The notes beneath the pieces were generated by a model that saw only the letters and a list, made by a program, of their open reading frames with translations, was not told where the DNA came from and did not search any database. From a virus (Duplodnaviria > Heunggongvirae > Uroviricota > Caudoviricetes): a stretch of 23,285 nt of DNA. The first letter of the stretch is position 1; each line of letters opens with the position of its first letter. The position numbers and the translations under genes are program-made. The stretch lies in the IMG/VR virus record IMGVR_UViG_2563366962_000008. The stretch is one strand, 5' to 3'. Of the stretch, positions 8,355-17,995 are shown one piece after another.

Positions 8355-10908
8355 TCTTGTTATTGACCTGAGTCTGGATGCTGTCCGTTTCGATGAGCAG
8401 ATGAGCCGGGTAAGGCGTCATTTTTCAGGTCTGGATACCGACGCCAGAAAAACCGCCAGTGCTGTTGAACAGGGCCTGAGCCGCCAGGCGCTGGCTGCAC
8501 AAAAAGCCGGGATTTCCGTCGGGCAGTATAAAGCGGCCATGCGAACCCTGCCCGCACAGTTTACGGATATCGCCACGCAGCTTGCCGGTGGTCAGAATCC
8601 CTGGTTGATCCTGCTGCAACAGGGCGGTCAGGTGAAGGACTCCTTCGGCGGGATGATCCCCATGTTCAGGGGGCTTGCCGGTGCGATCACCCTGCCGATG
8701 GTCGGGGTCACCTCGCTGGCGGTGGCGACAGGTGCGCTGGCGTACGCCTGGTACCAGGGCGACGCCACGCTTTCAGAATTTAATAAAACGCTGGTCCTTT
8801 CCGGCAATCAGGCCGGACTGACTGCCGATCGTATGCTGACGCTCTCAAGAGCCGGGCAGGCAGCAGGGCTGACGTTTAACCAGGCGAGAGAGTCACTGGC
8901 AGCCTTGGTGAATGCCGGTGTGCGTGGTGGTGAACAGTTTGATGCCATCAACCAGAGTGTCGCGCGTTTTGCGTCTGCATCCGGTGTGGAGGTGGATAAA
9001 GTCGCTGAAGCCTTCGGGAAGCTGACCACTGACCCGACGTCGGGACTGATGGCGATGGCGCGCCAGTTCCGTAACGTGACGGCAGAGCAGATTGCGTATG
9101 TTGCACAGCTGCAGCGTTCCGGAGACGAGGCCGGGGCATTGCAGGCGGCGAACGATATCGCCACGAAAGGCTTTGATGAGCAGACCCGTCGCCTGAAAGA
9201 AAACATGGGAACACTGGAGACCTGGGCGGATAAAACAGGGAAGGCATTCAAATCGATGTGGGATGCCATTCTGGATATCGGTCGTCCGGAATCCTCAGCG
9301 GATATGCTCGCCAGTGCGCAGAAGGCATTTGATGAGGCGGATAAAAAATGGCAGTGGTACCAGAGCCGGAGCCAGCGCCGGGGAAAGACCTCCTCTTTTC
9401 GTGCGAACCTTCAGGGGGCATGGGATGACCGGGAAAATGCCCGTCTGGGTCTGGCAGCGGCCACGCTGCAGTCGGATATGGAAAAAGCCGGTGAACTGGC
9501 GGCAAGGGACAGGGCTGAGCGTGAGTCGTCACAGCTGAAGTATACCGGAGAGGCGCAGAAGGCGTATGAGCGCCTGCAGACGCCGCTGGATAAATATACC
9601 GCCCGTCAGAAAGAGCTGAATAAGGCCCTGAAAGACGGAAAAATCCTGCAGGCGGATTACAACACGCTGATGGCGTCGGCAAAAAAGGATTATGAATCGA
9701 CGCTGAAAAAGCCGTCAGGTGTGAAGGTGTCTGCCGGTGAGCGCCAGGAAGACCGGGCGCATGCAGCCCTGCTGGCGCTTGAAACCGAGCTCAGGACGCT
9801 GGAAAAACACAGCGGTGTGAATGAGAAAATCAGCCAGCAGCGCCGGGATTTATGGGAAGCGGAAAGTCAGTATGTGGTCCTGAAAGAGGCCGCCACGAAA
9901 CGGCAGTTATCTGAGCAGGAAAAATCCCTGCTGGCTCATGAGAAAGAGACGCTGGAGTACAAACGCCAGCTGGCTGAGCTGGGAGACAAGATTGAACACC
10001 AGAAGCGGCTGAATGAGCTGGCACAGCAGGCGGCGCGGTTTGAACAGCAGCAAAGCGCGAAGCAGGCGGCAATCAGCGCAAAAGCCCGCGGCCTCACCGA
10101 CCGTCAGGCGCAGCGGGAGTCGGAAGAGCAGCGCCTTCGTGAGGTGTACGGTGATAATCCGGCTGCGCTGGCGAAGGCCACATCGGCACTGAAGAACACC
10201 TGGTCTGCGGAGGAGCAGCTTCGTGGAAGCTGGATGGCCGGGATGAAGTCCGGCTGGGGAGAGTGGGCGGAAAGTGCGACGGACAGTTTTTCGCAGGTTA
10301 AAAGTGTGGCCACGCAGACCTTTGACGGTATTGCACAGAATATGGCGGCGATGCTGACCGGCAGCGAACAGAACTGGCGGGGATTCACCCGTTCCGTGCT
10401 GTCCATGATGACAGAAATTCTGCTTAAGCAGGCAATGGTGGGGATTGTCGGGAGTATCGGCAGCGCCATTGGCGGGGCTGTTGGTGGCGGCGCATCCGCG
10501 TCAGGCGGTACAGCCATTCAGGCCGCTGCGGCGAAATTCCATTTTGCAACCGGAGGATTTACGGGAACCGGCGGCAAATATGAGCCAGCGGGGATTGTTC
10601 ACCGTGGTGAGTTTGTCTTCACGAAGGAGGCAACCAGCCGGATTGGCGTGGGGAATCTCTATCGGCTGATGCGCGGCTATGCCACCGGTGGTTATGTCGG
10701 TACACCGGGCAGTCTGGCTGACAGCCGGTCGCAGGCGTCCGGGACGTTTGAGCAGAATAACCATGTGGTGATTAACAACGACGGCACGAACGGGCAGATA
10801 GGTCCGGCTGCTCTGAAGGCGGTGTATGACATGGCCCGCAAGGGTGCCCGTGATGAAATCCAGGCACAGATGCGCGATGGTGGTCTGTTCTCCGGAGGTG
10901 GACGATGA
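8335..10908 (+). CDS. H: Tail tape measure protein gpH
   Basis: 857-aa ORF (lambda H is 853 aa) between G-T and M; long coiled-coil-like E/K/Q/A-rich centre and Gly-rich C-terminus; stop overlaps the M start as ATGA. Confidence 0.95.
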   Translation: MSQPVGDLVIDLSLDAVRFDEQMSRVRRHFSGLDTDARKTASAVEQGLSRQALAAQKAGISVGQYKAAMRTLPAQFTDIATQLAGGQNPWLILLQQGGQVKDSFGGMIPMFRGLAGAITLPMVGVTSLAVATGALAYAWYQGDATLSEFNKTLVLSGNQAGLTADRMLTLSRAGQAAGLTFNQARESLAALVNAGVRGGEQFDAINQSVARFASASGVEVDKVAEAFGKLTTDPTSGLMAMARQFRNVTAEQIAYVAQLQRSGDEAGALQAANDIATKGFDEQTRRLKENMGTLETWADKTGKAFKSMWDAILDIGRPESSADMLASAQKAFDEADKKWQWYQSRSQRRGKTSSFRANLQGAWDDRENARLGLAAATLQSDMEKAGELAARDRAERESSQLKYTGEAQKAYERLQTPLDKYTARQKELNKALKDGKILQADYNTLMASAKKDYESTLKKPSGVKVSAGERQEDRAHAALLALETELRTLEKHSGVNEKISQQRRDLWEAESQYVVLKEAATKRQLSEQEKSLLAHEKETLEYKRQLAELGDKIEHQKRLNELAQQAARFEQQQSAKQAAISAKARGLTDRQAQRESEEQRLREVYGDNPAALAKATSALKNTWSAEEQLRGSWMAGMKSGWGEWAESATDSFSQVKSVATQTFDGIAQNMAAMLTGSEQNWRGFTRSVLSMMTEILLKQAMVGIVGSIGSAIGGAVGGGASASGGTAIQAAAAKFHFATGGFTGTGGKYEPAGIVHRGEFVFTKEATSRIGVGNLYRLMRGYATGGYVGTPGSLADSRSQASGTFEQNNHVVINNDGTNGQIGPAALKAVYDMARKGARDEIQAQMRDGGLFSGGGR

Positions 10909-11234
10909 AAACCTTCCGCTGGAAAGTGAAACCCGGGATGGATGTGACATCGGCTCCTTCCGTCAGGGAGGTGCGCTTTGGTGATGGCTATTCCCAGCGT
11001 GCGCCTGCCGGGCTGAACGCTGACCTGAAAACGTACAGCGTGACGCTGTCTGTCTCCCGTGAGGAGGCCACGGCGCTGGAGTCGTTTCTGGCTGAGCACG
11101 GGGGCTGGAAGGCCTTTCTGTGGACGCCGCCTTATGGTTACAGGCAGATAAAGGTGACCTGCGCAAAATGGTCGTCGCGGGTCAGTATGCTGCGTGTTGA
11201 GTTCAGCGCAGAGTTTGAACAGGTGGTGAACTGA
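10905..11234 (+). CDS. M: Tail tip assembly protein gpM
   Basis: 109-aa ORF, near-identical over its length to lambda M as recalled (MKTFRWKVKPGMDV...RVEFSAEFEQVVN). Confidence 0.9.
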   Translation: MKTFRWKVKPGMDVTSAPSVREVRFGDGYSQRAPAGLNADLKTYSVTLSVSREEATALESFLAEHGGWKAFLWTPPYGYRQIKVTCAKWSSRVSMLRVEFSAEFEQVVN

Positions 11235-11932
11235 TGCAGGATATCCGGCAGGAAACACTGAATGAATGCACCCGTGCGGAGCAGTCGGCCAGCGTGGTGC
11301 TCTGGGAAATCGATCTGACAGAGGTCGGTGGAGAACGTTATTTTTTCTGTAATGAGCAGAACGAAAAAGGTGAGCCGGTCACCTGGCAGGGGAGGCAGTA
11401 TCAGGCGTATCCCATTCAGGGGAGCGGTTTTGAACTGAATGGCAAAGGCACCAGTACGCGGCCCACGCTGGCAGTCTCTAACCTGTACGGCATGGTCACC
11501 GGTATGGTGGAAGATATGCAGAGTCTGGTCGGCGGAACGGTGGTCCGGCGTAAGGTTTACGCCCGTTTTCTGGATGCGGTGAACTTCGTCAACGGAAACA
11601 GAGACGCCGATCCGGAGCAGGAGGTGATCAGCCGCTGGCGCATCGAGCAGTGCAGCGAACTGAGCGCGGTGAGTGCCTCCTTTGTACTGTCCACGCCGAC
11701 GGAAACGGATGGCGCTGTTTTTCCGGGGCGTATCATGCTGGCCAACACCTGCACCTGGACCTATCGCGGTGATGAGTGCGGTTATCACGGTCCGGCAGTC
11801 GCGGATGAATATGACCAGCCGACGTCCGATATCACGAAGGATAAATGCAGCAAATGCCTGAGCGGCTGTAAGTTTCGCAATAACGTCGGCAACTTTGGCG
11901 GCTTCCTTTCCATTAACAAACTTTCGCAGTAA
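11234..11932 (+). CDS. L: Tail tip protein gpL
   Basis: 232-aa ORF (lambda L is 232 aa), near-identical to lambda L as recalled; Cys-rich C-terminus CTWTYRGDECGY...CSKCLSGC; TGATG overlap with M. Confidence 0.95.
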   Translation: MQDIRQETLNECTRAEQSASVVLWEIDLTEVGGERYFFCNEQNEKGEPVTWQGRQYQAYPIQGSGFELNGKGTSTRPTLAVSNLYGMVTGMVEDMQSLVGGTVVRRKVYARFLDAVNFVNGNRDADPEQEVISRWRIEQCSELSAVSASFVLSTPTETDGAVFPGRIMLANTCTWTYRGDECGYHGPAVADEYDQPTSDITKDKCSKCLSGCKFRNNVGNFGGFLSINKLSQ

Positions 11933-11936
11933 TCCC

Positions 11937-12680
11937 ATGACAGAGACAGAATCAGCGATTCTGGCGCACGCCCGGCGATGTGCGCCAGCGGAGTCGTGCG
12001 GCTTCGTGGTAAGCACGCCGGAGGGGGAAAGATATTTCCCCTGCGTGAATATCTCCGGTGAGCCGGAGGCGTATTTCCGGATGGCTCCGGAGGACTGGCT
12101 GCAGGCAGAGATGCAGGGTGAGATTGTGGCGCTGGTCCACAGCCACCCCGGTGGTCTGCCCTGGCTGAGTGAGGCTGACCGGCGGCTGCAGGTGCAGAGC
12201 GATTTGCCGTGGTGGCTGGTCTGCCGGGGGGCGATTCACAAGTTCCGCTGTGTGCCGCATCTCACCGGGCGGCGCTTTGAGTACGGGGTGACAGACTGTT
12301 ACACACTGTTCCGGGATGCTTACCATCTGGCGGGGATTGAGATGCCGGATTTTCATCGCGGGGATGACTGGTGGCGTCACGGTCAGAATCTCTATCTTGA
12401 CAATATGGAGGCTACTGGTTTTTACCGTGTCGCACTGACAGAGGCGCAGCCGGGCGATGTGCTGCTGTGCTGTTTTGGTTCATCGGTGCCGAATCACGCC
12501 GCCATTTACTGCGGCGACGGTGAGCTGCTGCACCATATTCCTGAACAACTGAGTAAACGAGAGAGGTATACCGACAAATGGCAGCGACGCACACACTCCC
12601 TCTGGCGTCACCGGGAATGGCACGCATCTGCCTTTACGGGGATTTGCAACGATTTGGCCGCCGCATCGACCTTCGTGTGA
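11937..12680 (+). CDS. K: Tail tip assembly protein gpK (JAMM/MPN-like plus NlpC/P60-like motifs)
   Basis: ATG at 11937, 5 nt after the L stop (MTETESAILAHARRC...); JAMM-type motif HSHPGG...SEAD; downstream Cys (VTDCYTLF) and His (VPNHAAIY) fit an NlpC/P60 fold. The ORF-track start at 11895 lies inside L. Confidence 0.85.
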   Translation: MTETESAILAHARRCAPAESCGFVVSTPEGERYFPCVNISGEPEAYFRMAPEDWLQAEMQGEIVALVHSHPGGLPWLSEADRRLQVQSDLPWWLVCRGAIHKFRCVPHLTGRRFEYGVTDCYTLFRDAYHLAGIEMPDFHRGDDWWRHGQNLYLDNMEATGFYRVALTEAQPGDVLLCCFGSSVPNHAAIYCGDGELLHHIPEQLSKRERYTDKWQRRTHSLWRHREWHASAFTGICNDLAAASTFV

Positions 12681-13219
12681 AAACGGGGGCTGAAGCCATC
12701 CGGGCACTGGCCACACAGCTCCCGGCGTTTCGTCAGAAACTGAGCGATGGCTGGTATCAGGTACGGATTGCCGGGCGGGATGCAGGAGAAACCGAATTAT
12801 CATCCCGTCTTAATGAGCCGCTGGCAAATGGTGCCGTGATCCACATCGTGCCGCGTCTTGCGGGAGCAAAAAGTGGCGGTGTGTTTCAGGCGGTGCTGGG
12901 TGCGGCGTTGATTGCTACGGCAATCTGGATGCCGGGGATCAGTATCGCTTTCAGTGACATTCTCTTTTCAATGGGTGCGGCGATGACGCTTGGTGGTGTG
13001 GCGCAGATGCTGGCACCGAAAGCCAGAACTCCCCGTACACAGACAACGGATAACGGCAAACAGAACACCTATTTCTCCTCACTGGATAACATGGTTGCCC
13101 AGGGCAATGTCCTGCCTGTTCTGTACGGTGAAATGCGCGTGGGGTCACGTGTGGCATCTCAGGAGATCAGCACGGCAGATGAAGGGGATGGTGGTCAGGT
13201 TGTGGTAATTGGGCGGTAA
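12578..13219 (+). CDS. I: Tail tip assembly protein gpI
   Basis: 213-aa ORF overlapping the 3' end of K as in lambda; MAATHTLPLASPGMARICLYGDLQRFGRRIDLRVKTGAEAIRALATQLPAFRQKL and C-terminal LAPKARTPR.QTTDNGKQNTYFSSLDNMVAQGNVLPVLYGEMRVGSRV match lambda I. Confidence 0.9.
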   Translation: MAATHTLPLASPGMARICLYGDLQRFGRRIDLRVKTGAEAIRALATQLPAFRQKLSDGWYQVRIAGRDAGETELSSRLNEPLANGAVIHIVPRLAGAKSGGVFQAVLGAALIATAIWMPGISIAFSDILFSMGAAMTLGGVAQMLAPKARTPRTQTTDNGKQNTYFSSLDNMVAQGNVLPVLYGEMRVGSRVASQEISTADEGDGGQVVVIGR

Positions 13220-13292
13220 TATTATTTTACTCATGTTCTAACTAATTTAATATTTATATCGAACACTGATAATTATTCTATTGGTTAGCTAT
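13220..13292 (+). promoter_or_regulatory. AT-rich leader of the lipoprotein cassette; possible autonomous promoter, hexamers not confidently assigned
   Basis: About 80% A+T block immediately after the I stop, unlike the flanking GC-rich phage DNA; contains a GATAAT-like -10 candidate at 13268-13273. Confidence 0.2.
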
Positions 13293-13631
13293 ATGAACAA
13301 AACGATTTTATTCTGCACGATTATTGCCTTAACAGGATGTAAATCTTTGGATTACGTAAAATCCGGAAAACCTGTAATGGAAGGTAATTCATTAAAAAAT
13401 ATTGATGAATTGTCAGGCTGCATATCCAGACAATGGGCTGGTAATGGAACACCTATAACATCCCTTCCTATTGAGAATGGGGTAAGCCTTTTAGTTCCAC
13501 AGGCTATGGGGGGATATGATGTTGTGCTTGATATCAAAAAAGCAGGAAATGGCAGTAGTTTTACTCTTTATGAACGTGTACCAGCATTAACGCCAAAAAT
13601 TTTTGCTGATAGTGTTAATGCATGTAAATAA
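13293..13631 (+). CDS. Small secreted lipoprotein of unknown function (moron inserted between I and J)
   Basis: 112-aa ORF from ATG 13293 (track start 13281 is TTG); N-terminus MNKTILFCTIIALTGC is a signal peptide with lipobox L-T-G-C; mature part has two further Cys; gene is visibly AT-rich versus its neighbours; followed by its own terminator. Confidence 0.7.
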   Translation: MNKTILFCTIIALTGCKSLDYVKSGKPVMEGNSLKNIDELSGCISRQWAGNGTPITSLPIENGVSLLVPQAMGGYDVVLDIKKAGNGSSFTLYERVPALTPKIFADSVNACK

Positions 13632-13655
13632 TAGTTAATCCTGTCGTAACTCATG

Positions 13656-13684
13656 AGCCGCCTTTTGGGCGGCTTTGTTGTTTA
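13656..13684 (+). terminator. Rho-independent terminator after the lipoprotein gene
   Basis: AGCCGCC (13656-13662), loop TTTTG, GGCGGCT (13668-13674), then TTGTTGTTTAT; 25 nt after the stop and 14 nt before the J start. Confidence 0.55.
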
Positions 13685-13697
13685 TGGAGTGTGAGGA

Positions 13698-16600
13698 ATG
13701 GGTAAAGGAAGCAGTAAGGGGCATACCCCGCGCGAAGCGAGGGACAACCTGAAGTCCACGCAGCTGCTGAGTGTGATCGATGCCATCAGCGAAGGGCCGG
13801 TTGAAGGTCCGGTGGACGGATTAAAAAGCGTGCTGCTGAACAGTACGCCGGTGCTGGACAGTGAGGGGAATACCAATATATCCGGTGTCACGGTGGTGTT
13901 CCGGGCAGGTGAGCAGGAGCAGACACCGCCGGAGGGATTTGAATCCTCCGGCTCCGAGACGGTGCTGGGTACGGAAGTGAAATATGACACGCCGATCACC
14001 CGGACCATCACGTCGGCAAACATCGACCGTCTGCGCTTTACCTTCGGTGTGCAGGCACTGGTGGAAACCACCTCAAAGGGGGACAGGAATCCGTCGGAAG
14101 TCCGCCTGCTGGTTCAGATCCAGCGTAACGGTGGCTGGGTGACGGAAAAAGACATCACCATTAAGGGCAAAACCACCTCGCAGTATCTGGCCTCGGTGGT
14201 GGTGGATAACCTGCCGCCGCGCCCGTTTAATATCCGGATGCGCAGGATGACGCCGGACAGCACCACAGACCAGCTGCAGAACAAAACGCTCTGGTCGTCA
14301 TACACCGAAATCATCGATGTGAAACAGTGCTACCCGAACACGGCACTGGTCGGCGTGCAGGTGGACTCGGAGCAGTTCGGCAGCCAGCAGGTGAGCCGTA
14401 ATTATCATCTTCGCGGGCGCATTCTGCAGGTGCCGTCGAACTATAACCCGCAGACGCGGCAATACAGCGGTATCTGGGACGGAACGTTTAAACCGGCATA
14501 CAGCAACAACATGGCCTGGTGTCTGTGGGATATGCTGACCCATCCGCGCTACGGCATGGGGAAGCGTCTCGGTGCGGCGGATGTGGACAAATGGGCGCTG
14601 TATGTCATCGGCCAGAATTGCGACCAGTCGGTGCCGGATGGCTTTGGTGGCACGGAGCCGCGCATCACCTGTAATGCCTACCTGACCACACAGCGCAAGG
14701 CGTGGGATGTGCTCAGTGATTTCTGCTCGGCGATGCGCTGTATGCCGGTATGGAACGGGCAGACGCTGACGTTCGTGCAGGACCGACCGTCGGATAAGGT
14801 GTGGACCTATAACCGCAGTAATGTGGTGATGCCGGATGATGGCGCGCCGTTCCGCTACAGCTTCAGCGCCCTGAAAGACCGCCATAATGCCGTTGAGGTG
14901 AACTGGATTGACCCGGATAACGGCTGGGAGACGGCGACAGAGCTTGTGGAGGACACGCAGGCCATTGCCCGTTACGGTCGTAACGTCACGAAGATGGATG
15001 CCTTTGGCTGTACCAGCCGGGGGCAGGCACACCGCGCCGGGCTGTGGCTGATTAAAACGGAACTGCTGGAGACGCAGACCGTGGATTTCAGCGTGGGTGC
15101 TGAAGGGCTTCGCCATGTACCGGGCGATGTCATTGAAATCTGCGATGATGACTATGCCGGTATCAGCACCGGTGGTCGCGTGCTGGCGGTGAACAGCCAG
15201 ACCCGGACGCTGACGCTCGACCGTGAAATCACGCTGCCATCCTCCGGTACCACGCTGATAAGCCTGGTTGACGGTCAGGGTAATCCGGTCAGCGTGGAGG
15301 TCCAGTCCGTCACCGACGGCGTGAAGGTGAAAGTGAGCCGTGTTCCTGACGGCGTTGCAGAATACAGCGTGTGGGGGCTGAAGCTGCCGACGCTGCGCCA
15401 GCGCCTGTTCCGCTGCGTGAGTATCCGTGAGAACGATGACGGCACGTATGCCATCACCGCCGTGCAGCATGTACCGGAGAAAGAAGCCATCGTGGATAAC
15501 GGGGCGCACTTTGACGGTGACCAGAGCGGCACGGTGAATGGTGTCACGCCGCCAGCAGTGCAGCACCTGACCGCCGAAGTCACTGCAGACAGCGGGGAAT
15601 ATCAGGTGCTGGCGCGATGGGACACACCGAAGGTGGTGAAGGGCGTGAGCTTCCTGCTCCGTCTGACCGTAACAGCGGACGACGGCAGTGAGCGACTGGT
15701 CAGCACGGCCCGGACGACGGAAACCACATACCGCTTCACGCAACTGGCGCTGGGGAACTACAGGCTGACAGTCCGGGCGGTAAATGCCCGGGGGCAGCAG
15801 GGCGATCCGGCGTCGGTATCGTTCCGGATTGCCGCACCGGCAGCACCGTCGAGGATTGAGCTGACGCCGGGCTATTTTCAGATAACCGCCACGCCGCATC
15901 TTGCTGTTTATGACCCGACGGTACAGTTTGAGTTCTGGTTCTCGGAAAAGCGGATTACCGATATCAGGCAGGTTGAAACCACAGCCCGCTATCTTGGTAC
16001 GGCGCTGTACTGGATAGCCGCCAGTATCAATATCAAACCGGGCCATGATTATTATTTTTACGTTCGCAGTGTGAACACCGTTGGCAAATCGGCATTCGTG
16101 GAGGCTGTCGGTCGGGCGAGCGATGATGCGGAAGGTTACCTGGATTTTTTCAAAGGAGAAATCGGGAAAACACATCTGGCCCAGGAGTTGTGGACGCAGA
16201 TTGATAACGGTCAGCTTGCGCCGGACCTGGCTGAAATCAGGACGTCCATTACGAATGTCAGCAATGAAATCACGCAGACCGTCAATAAAAAACTGGAAGA
16301 CCAGAGTGCGGCAATCCAGCAGATACAGAAAGTTCAGGTTGATACAAATAATAACCTGAACAGCATGTGGGCCGTGAAACTGCAGCAGATGAAGGACGGA
16401 CGCCTTTATATTGCGGGTATCGGAGCCGGTATTGAGAATACGCCAGCAGGTATGCAGAGTCAGGTGCTTCTGGCTGCTGACCGGATTGCGATGATTAATC
16501 CTGCGAATGGCAACACAAAGCCGATGTTTGTTGGTCAGGGCGATCAGATATTCATGAACGACGTGTTCCTGAAACGCCTGACGGCTCCGACCATTACCAG

Positions 16601-17177
16601 CGGCGGTAATCCTCCGGCATTTTCCCTGACACCGGACGGGCGGCTGACGGCGAAAAATGCCGATATCAGCGGTAACGTGAATGCGAACTCCGGGACGCTC
16701 AACAACGTCACGATTAACGAGAACTGTCGGGTTCTGGGAAAATTGTCCGCCAACCAGATTGAAGGCGATCTCGTTAAAACAGTGGGCAAAGCTTTCCCCC
16801 GGGACTCCCGTGCACCGGAACGGTGGCCATCAGGGACCATCACCGTCAGGGTTTATGACGATCAGCCGTTTGACCGGCAGATTGTTATTCCGGCGGTGGC
16901 ATTCAGCGGCGCTAAACATGAGCGGGAGAATAACGATATTTATTCGTCATGCCGCCTGATAGTACGGAAAAACGGTGCTGAAATTTATAACCGTACCGCG
17001 CTGGATAATACGCTGATTTACAGTGGTGTTATTGATATGCCAGCTGGTCGCGGCCACATGACGCTGGAGTTTTCGGTGTCAGCATGGCTGGTGAATAACT
17101 GGTATCCCACAGCAAGTATCAGCGATTTGCTGGTTGTGGTGATGAAGAAAGCCACCGCAGGCATCAGTATCAGCTGA
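13698..17177 (+). CDS. J: Central tail fibre / tail tip host-specificity protein gpJ
   Basis: 1159-aa ORF (lambda J is 1132 aa); the first ~800 aa look near-identical to lambda J as recalled ([33 protein letters not shown]...); the C-terminal ~340 aa are mosaic, with the last ~150 aa divergent. Confidence 0.95.
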   Translation: MGKGSSKGHTPREARDNLKSTQLLSVIDAISEGPVEGPVDGLKSVLLNSTPVLDSEGNTNISGVTVVFRAGEQEQTPPEGFESSGSETVLGTEVKYDTPITRTITSANIDRLRFTFGVQALVETTSKGDRNPSEVRLLVQIQRNGGWVTEKDITIKGKTTSQYLASVVVDNLPPRPFNIRMRRMTPDSTTDQLQNKTLWSSYTEIIDVKQCYPNTALVGVQVDSEQFGSQQVSRNYHLRGRILQVPSNYNPQTRQYSGIWDGTFKPAYSNNMAWCLWDMLTHPRYGMGKRLGAADVDKWALYVIGQNCDQSVPDGFGGTEPRITCNAYLTTQRKAWDVLSDFCSAMRCMPVWNGQTLTFVQDRPSDKVWTYNRSNVVMPDDGAPFRYSFSALKDRHNAVEVNWIDPDNGWETATELVEDTQAIARYGRNVTKMDAFGCTSRGQAHRAGLWLIKTELLETQTVDFSVGAEGLRHVPGDVIEICDDDYAGISTGGRVLAVNSQTRTLTLDREITLPSSGTTLISLVDGQGNPVSVEVQSVTDGVKVKVSRVPDGVAEYSVWGLKLPTLRQRLFRCVSIRENDDGTYAITAVQHVPEKEAIVDNGAHFDGDQSGTVNGVTPPAVQHLTAEVTADSGEYQVLARWDTPKVVKGVSFLLRLTVTADDGSERLVSTARTTETTYRFTQLALGNYRLTVRAVNARGQQGDPASVSFRIAAPAAPSRIELTPGYFQITATPHLAVYDPTVQFEFWFSEKRITDIRQVETTARYLGTALYWIAASINIKPGHDYYFYVRSVNTVGKSAFVEAVGRASDDAEGYLDFFKGEIGKTHLAQELWTQIDNGQLAPDLAEIRTSITNVSNEITQTVNKKLEDQSAAIQQIQKVQVDTNNNLNSMWAVKLQQMKDGRLYIAGIGAGIENTPAGMQSQVLLAADRIAMINPANGNTKPMFVGQGDQIFMNDVFLKRLTAPTITSGGNPPAFSLTPDGRLTAKNADISGNVNANSGTLNNVTINENCRVLGKLSANQIEGDLVKTVGKAFPRDSRAPERWPSGTITVRVYDDQPFDRQIVIPAVAFSGAKHERENNDIYSSCRLIVRKNGAEIYNRTALDNTLIYSGVIDMPAGRGHMTLEFSVSAWLVNNWYPTASISDLLVVVMKKATAGISIS

Positions 17178-17194
17178 ATTTTATAACCCATATA

Positions 17195-17222
17195 CGGGCG
17201 CCAGAAATGGCGCCTTTTTTAT
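17195..17222 (+). terminator. Rho-independent terminator after J
   Basis: GGCGCC (17197-17202), loop AGAAAT, GGCGCC (17209-17214), followed by TTTTTTATT. Confidence 0.6.
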
Positions 17223-17244
17223 TGCAGAAAAGCGAGAGGTAATT

Positions 17245-17844
17245 ATGCGTAAAGTTTGTGCAGTCATTTTGTCCGCAGCCATCTGTCTGTCCGTATCCGG
17301 TGCGCCTGCATGGGCGTCTGAACATCAGTCCACACTGAGCGCGGGGTATCTTCATGCCCGTACGAACGCTCCCGGCAGCGATAATCTGAACGGGATTAAC
17401 GTGAAATACCGTTATGAGTTTACGGACGCGCTGGGGCTGATTACGTCCTTCAGTTATGCCAATGCTGAGGATGAGCAAAAAACGCACTACAGCGATACCC
17501 GCTGGCATGAAGATTCCGTGCGTAACCGCTGGTTCAGCGTGATGGCGGGGCCGTCTGTACGCGTGAATGAATGGTTCAGCGCGTATTCGATGGCGGGTGT
17601 GGCTTACAGCCGTGTGTCGACTTTCTCCGGGGATTATCTCCGCGTAACTGACAACAAGGGGAAAACGCACGATGTGCTGACCGGAAGTGATGACGGTCGC
17701 CACAGCAACACGTCTCTGGCGTGGGGGGCTGGCGTGCAGTTTAACCCGACCGAATCCGTGACCATTGACCTTGCTTATGAAGGTTCCGGTAGTGGCGACT
17801 GGCGAACGGATGCATTTATTGTTGGTATCGGATACCGTTTCTGA
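17245..17844 (+). CDS. lom: Outer-membrane beta-barrel protein Lom (Ail/Lom family moron)
   Basis: 199-aa ORF with signal peptide MRKVCAVILSAAICLSVSGAPAWA; LKGINVKYRYE, SVMAGP, AYEGSGSGDWRTD.FIVG.GY.F match lambda Lom as recalled; RBS GAGAGG; same position as lom in lambda. Confidence 0.9.
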   Translation: MRKVCAVILSAAICLSVSGAPAWASEHQSTLSAGYLHARTNAPGSDNLNGINVKYRYEFTDALGLITSFSYANAEDEQKTHYSDTRWHEDSVRNRWFSVMAGPSVRVNEWFSAYSMAGVAYSRVSTFSGDYLRVTDNKGKTHDVLTGSDDGRHSNTSLAWGAGVQFNPTESVTIDLAYEGSGSGDWRTDAFIVGIGYRF

Positions 17845-17948
17845 CAACAGACGCCGATTTATCTTCTGTAAATATTGTTATGATACGCAGGTTCATCCAC
17901 TTTATGGGGTGAACTGCGTTTGAGGAAACGTAAAGTTACACTGTCCTG

Positions 17949-17982
17949 AAGCCCGTGGCGTCACTGCTGCGGGCTTTTTTTA
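17949..17982 (+). terminator. Terminator-like hairpin plus T-run between lom and stf
   Basis: GCCCG (17951-17955) ... CGGGC (17970-17974) followed by TTTTTTT (17975-17981). Confidence 0.45.
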
Positions 17983-17995
17983 TTGGTGGAAAAGT

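Noticed and set aside
11895-11936. ORF-track start for K at 11895 (MAASFPLTNFRSNPM...)
   Set aside because: That start lies inside the 3' end of L in another frame and is probably a non-ATG start artefact; the ATG at 11937, immediately after the L stop, gives the conserved MTETES N-terminus.
13281-13292. TTG start at 13281 for the lipoprotein ORF (MVSYMNK...)
   Set aside because: The ATG at 13293 yields a canonical lipoprotein signal peptide starting MNKTILF; the four extra residues from a TTG start are unnecessary and less likely.
14298-16175. 625-aa minus-strand ORF lying entirely inside J
   Set aside because: Antisense to a near-lambda-identical J coding region; Arg/His/Pro-rich translation typical of a GC-rich antisense frame; no RBS; no room for a real gene.
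17170-17847. 225-aa minus-strand ORF antisense to lom
   Set aside because: Overlaps the well-supported lom gene almost exactly on the opposite strand; no RBS; lom has a clear signal peptide and conserved Ail/Lom motifs.
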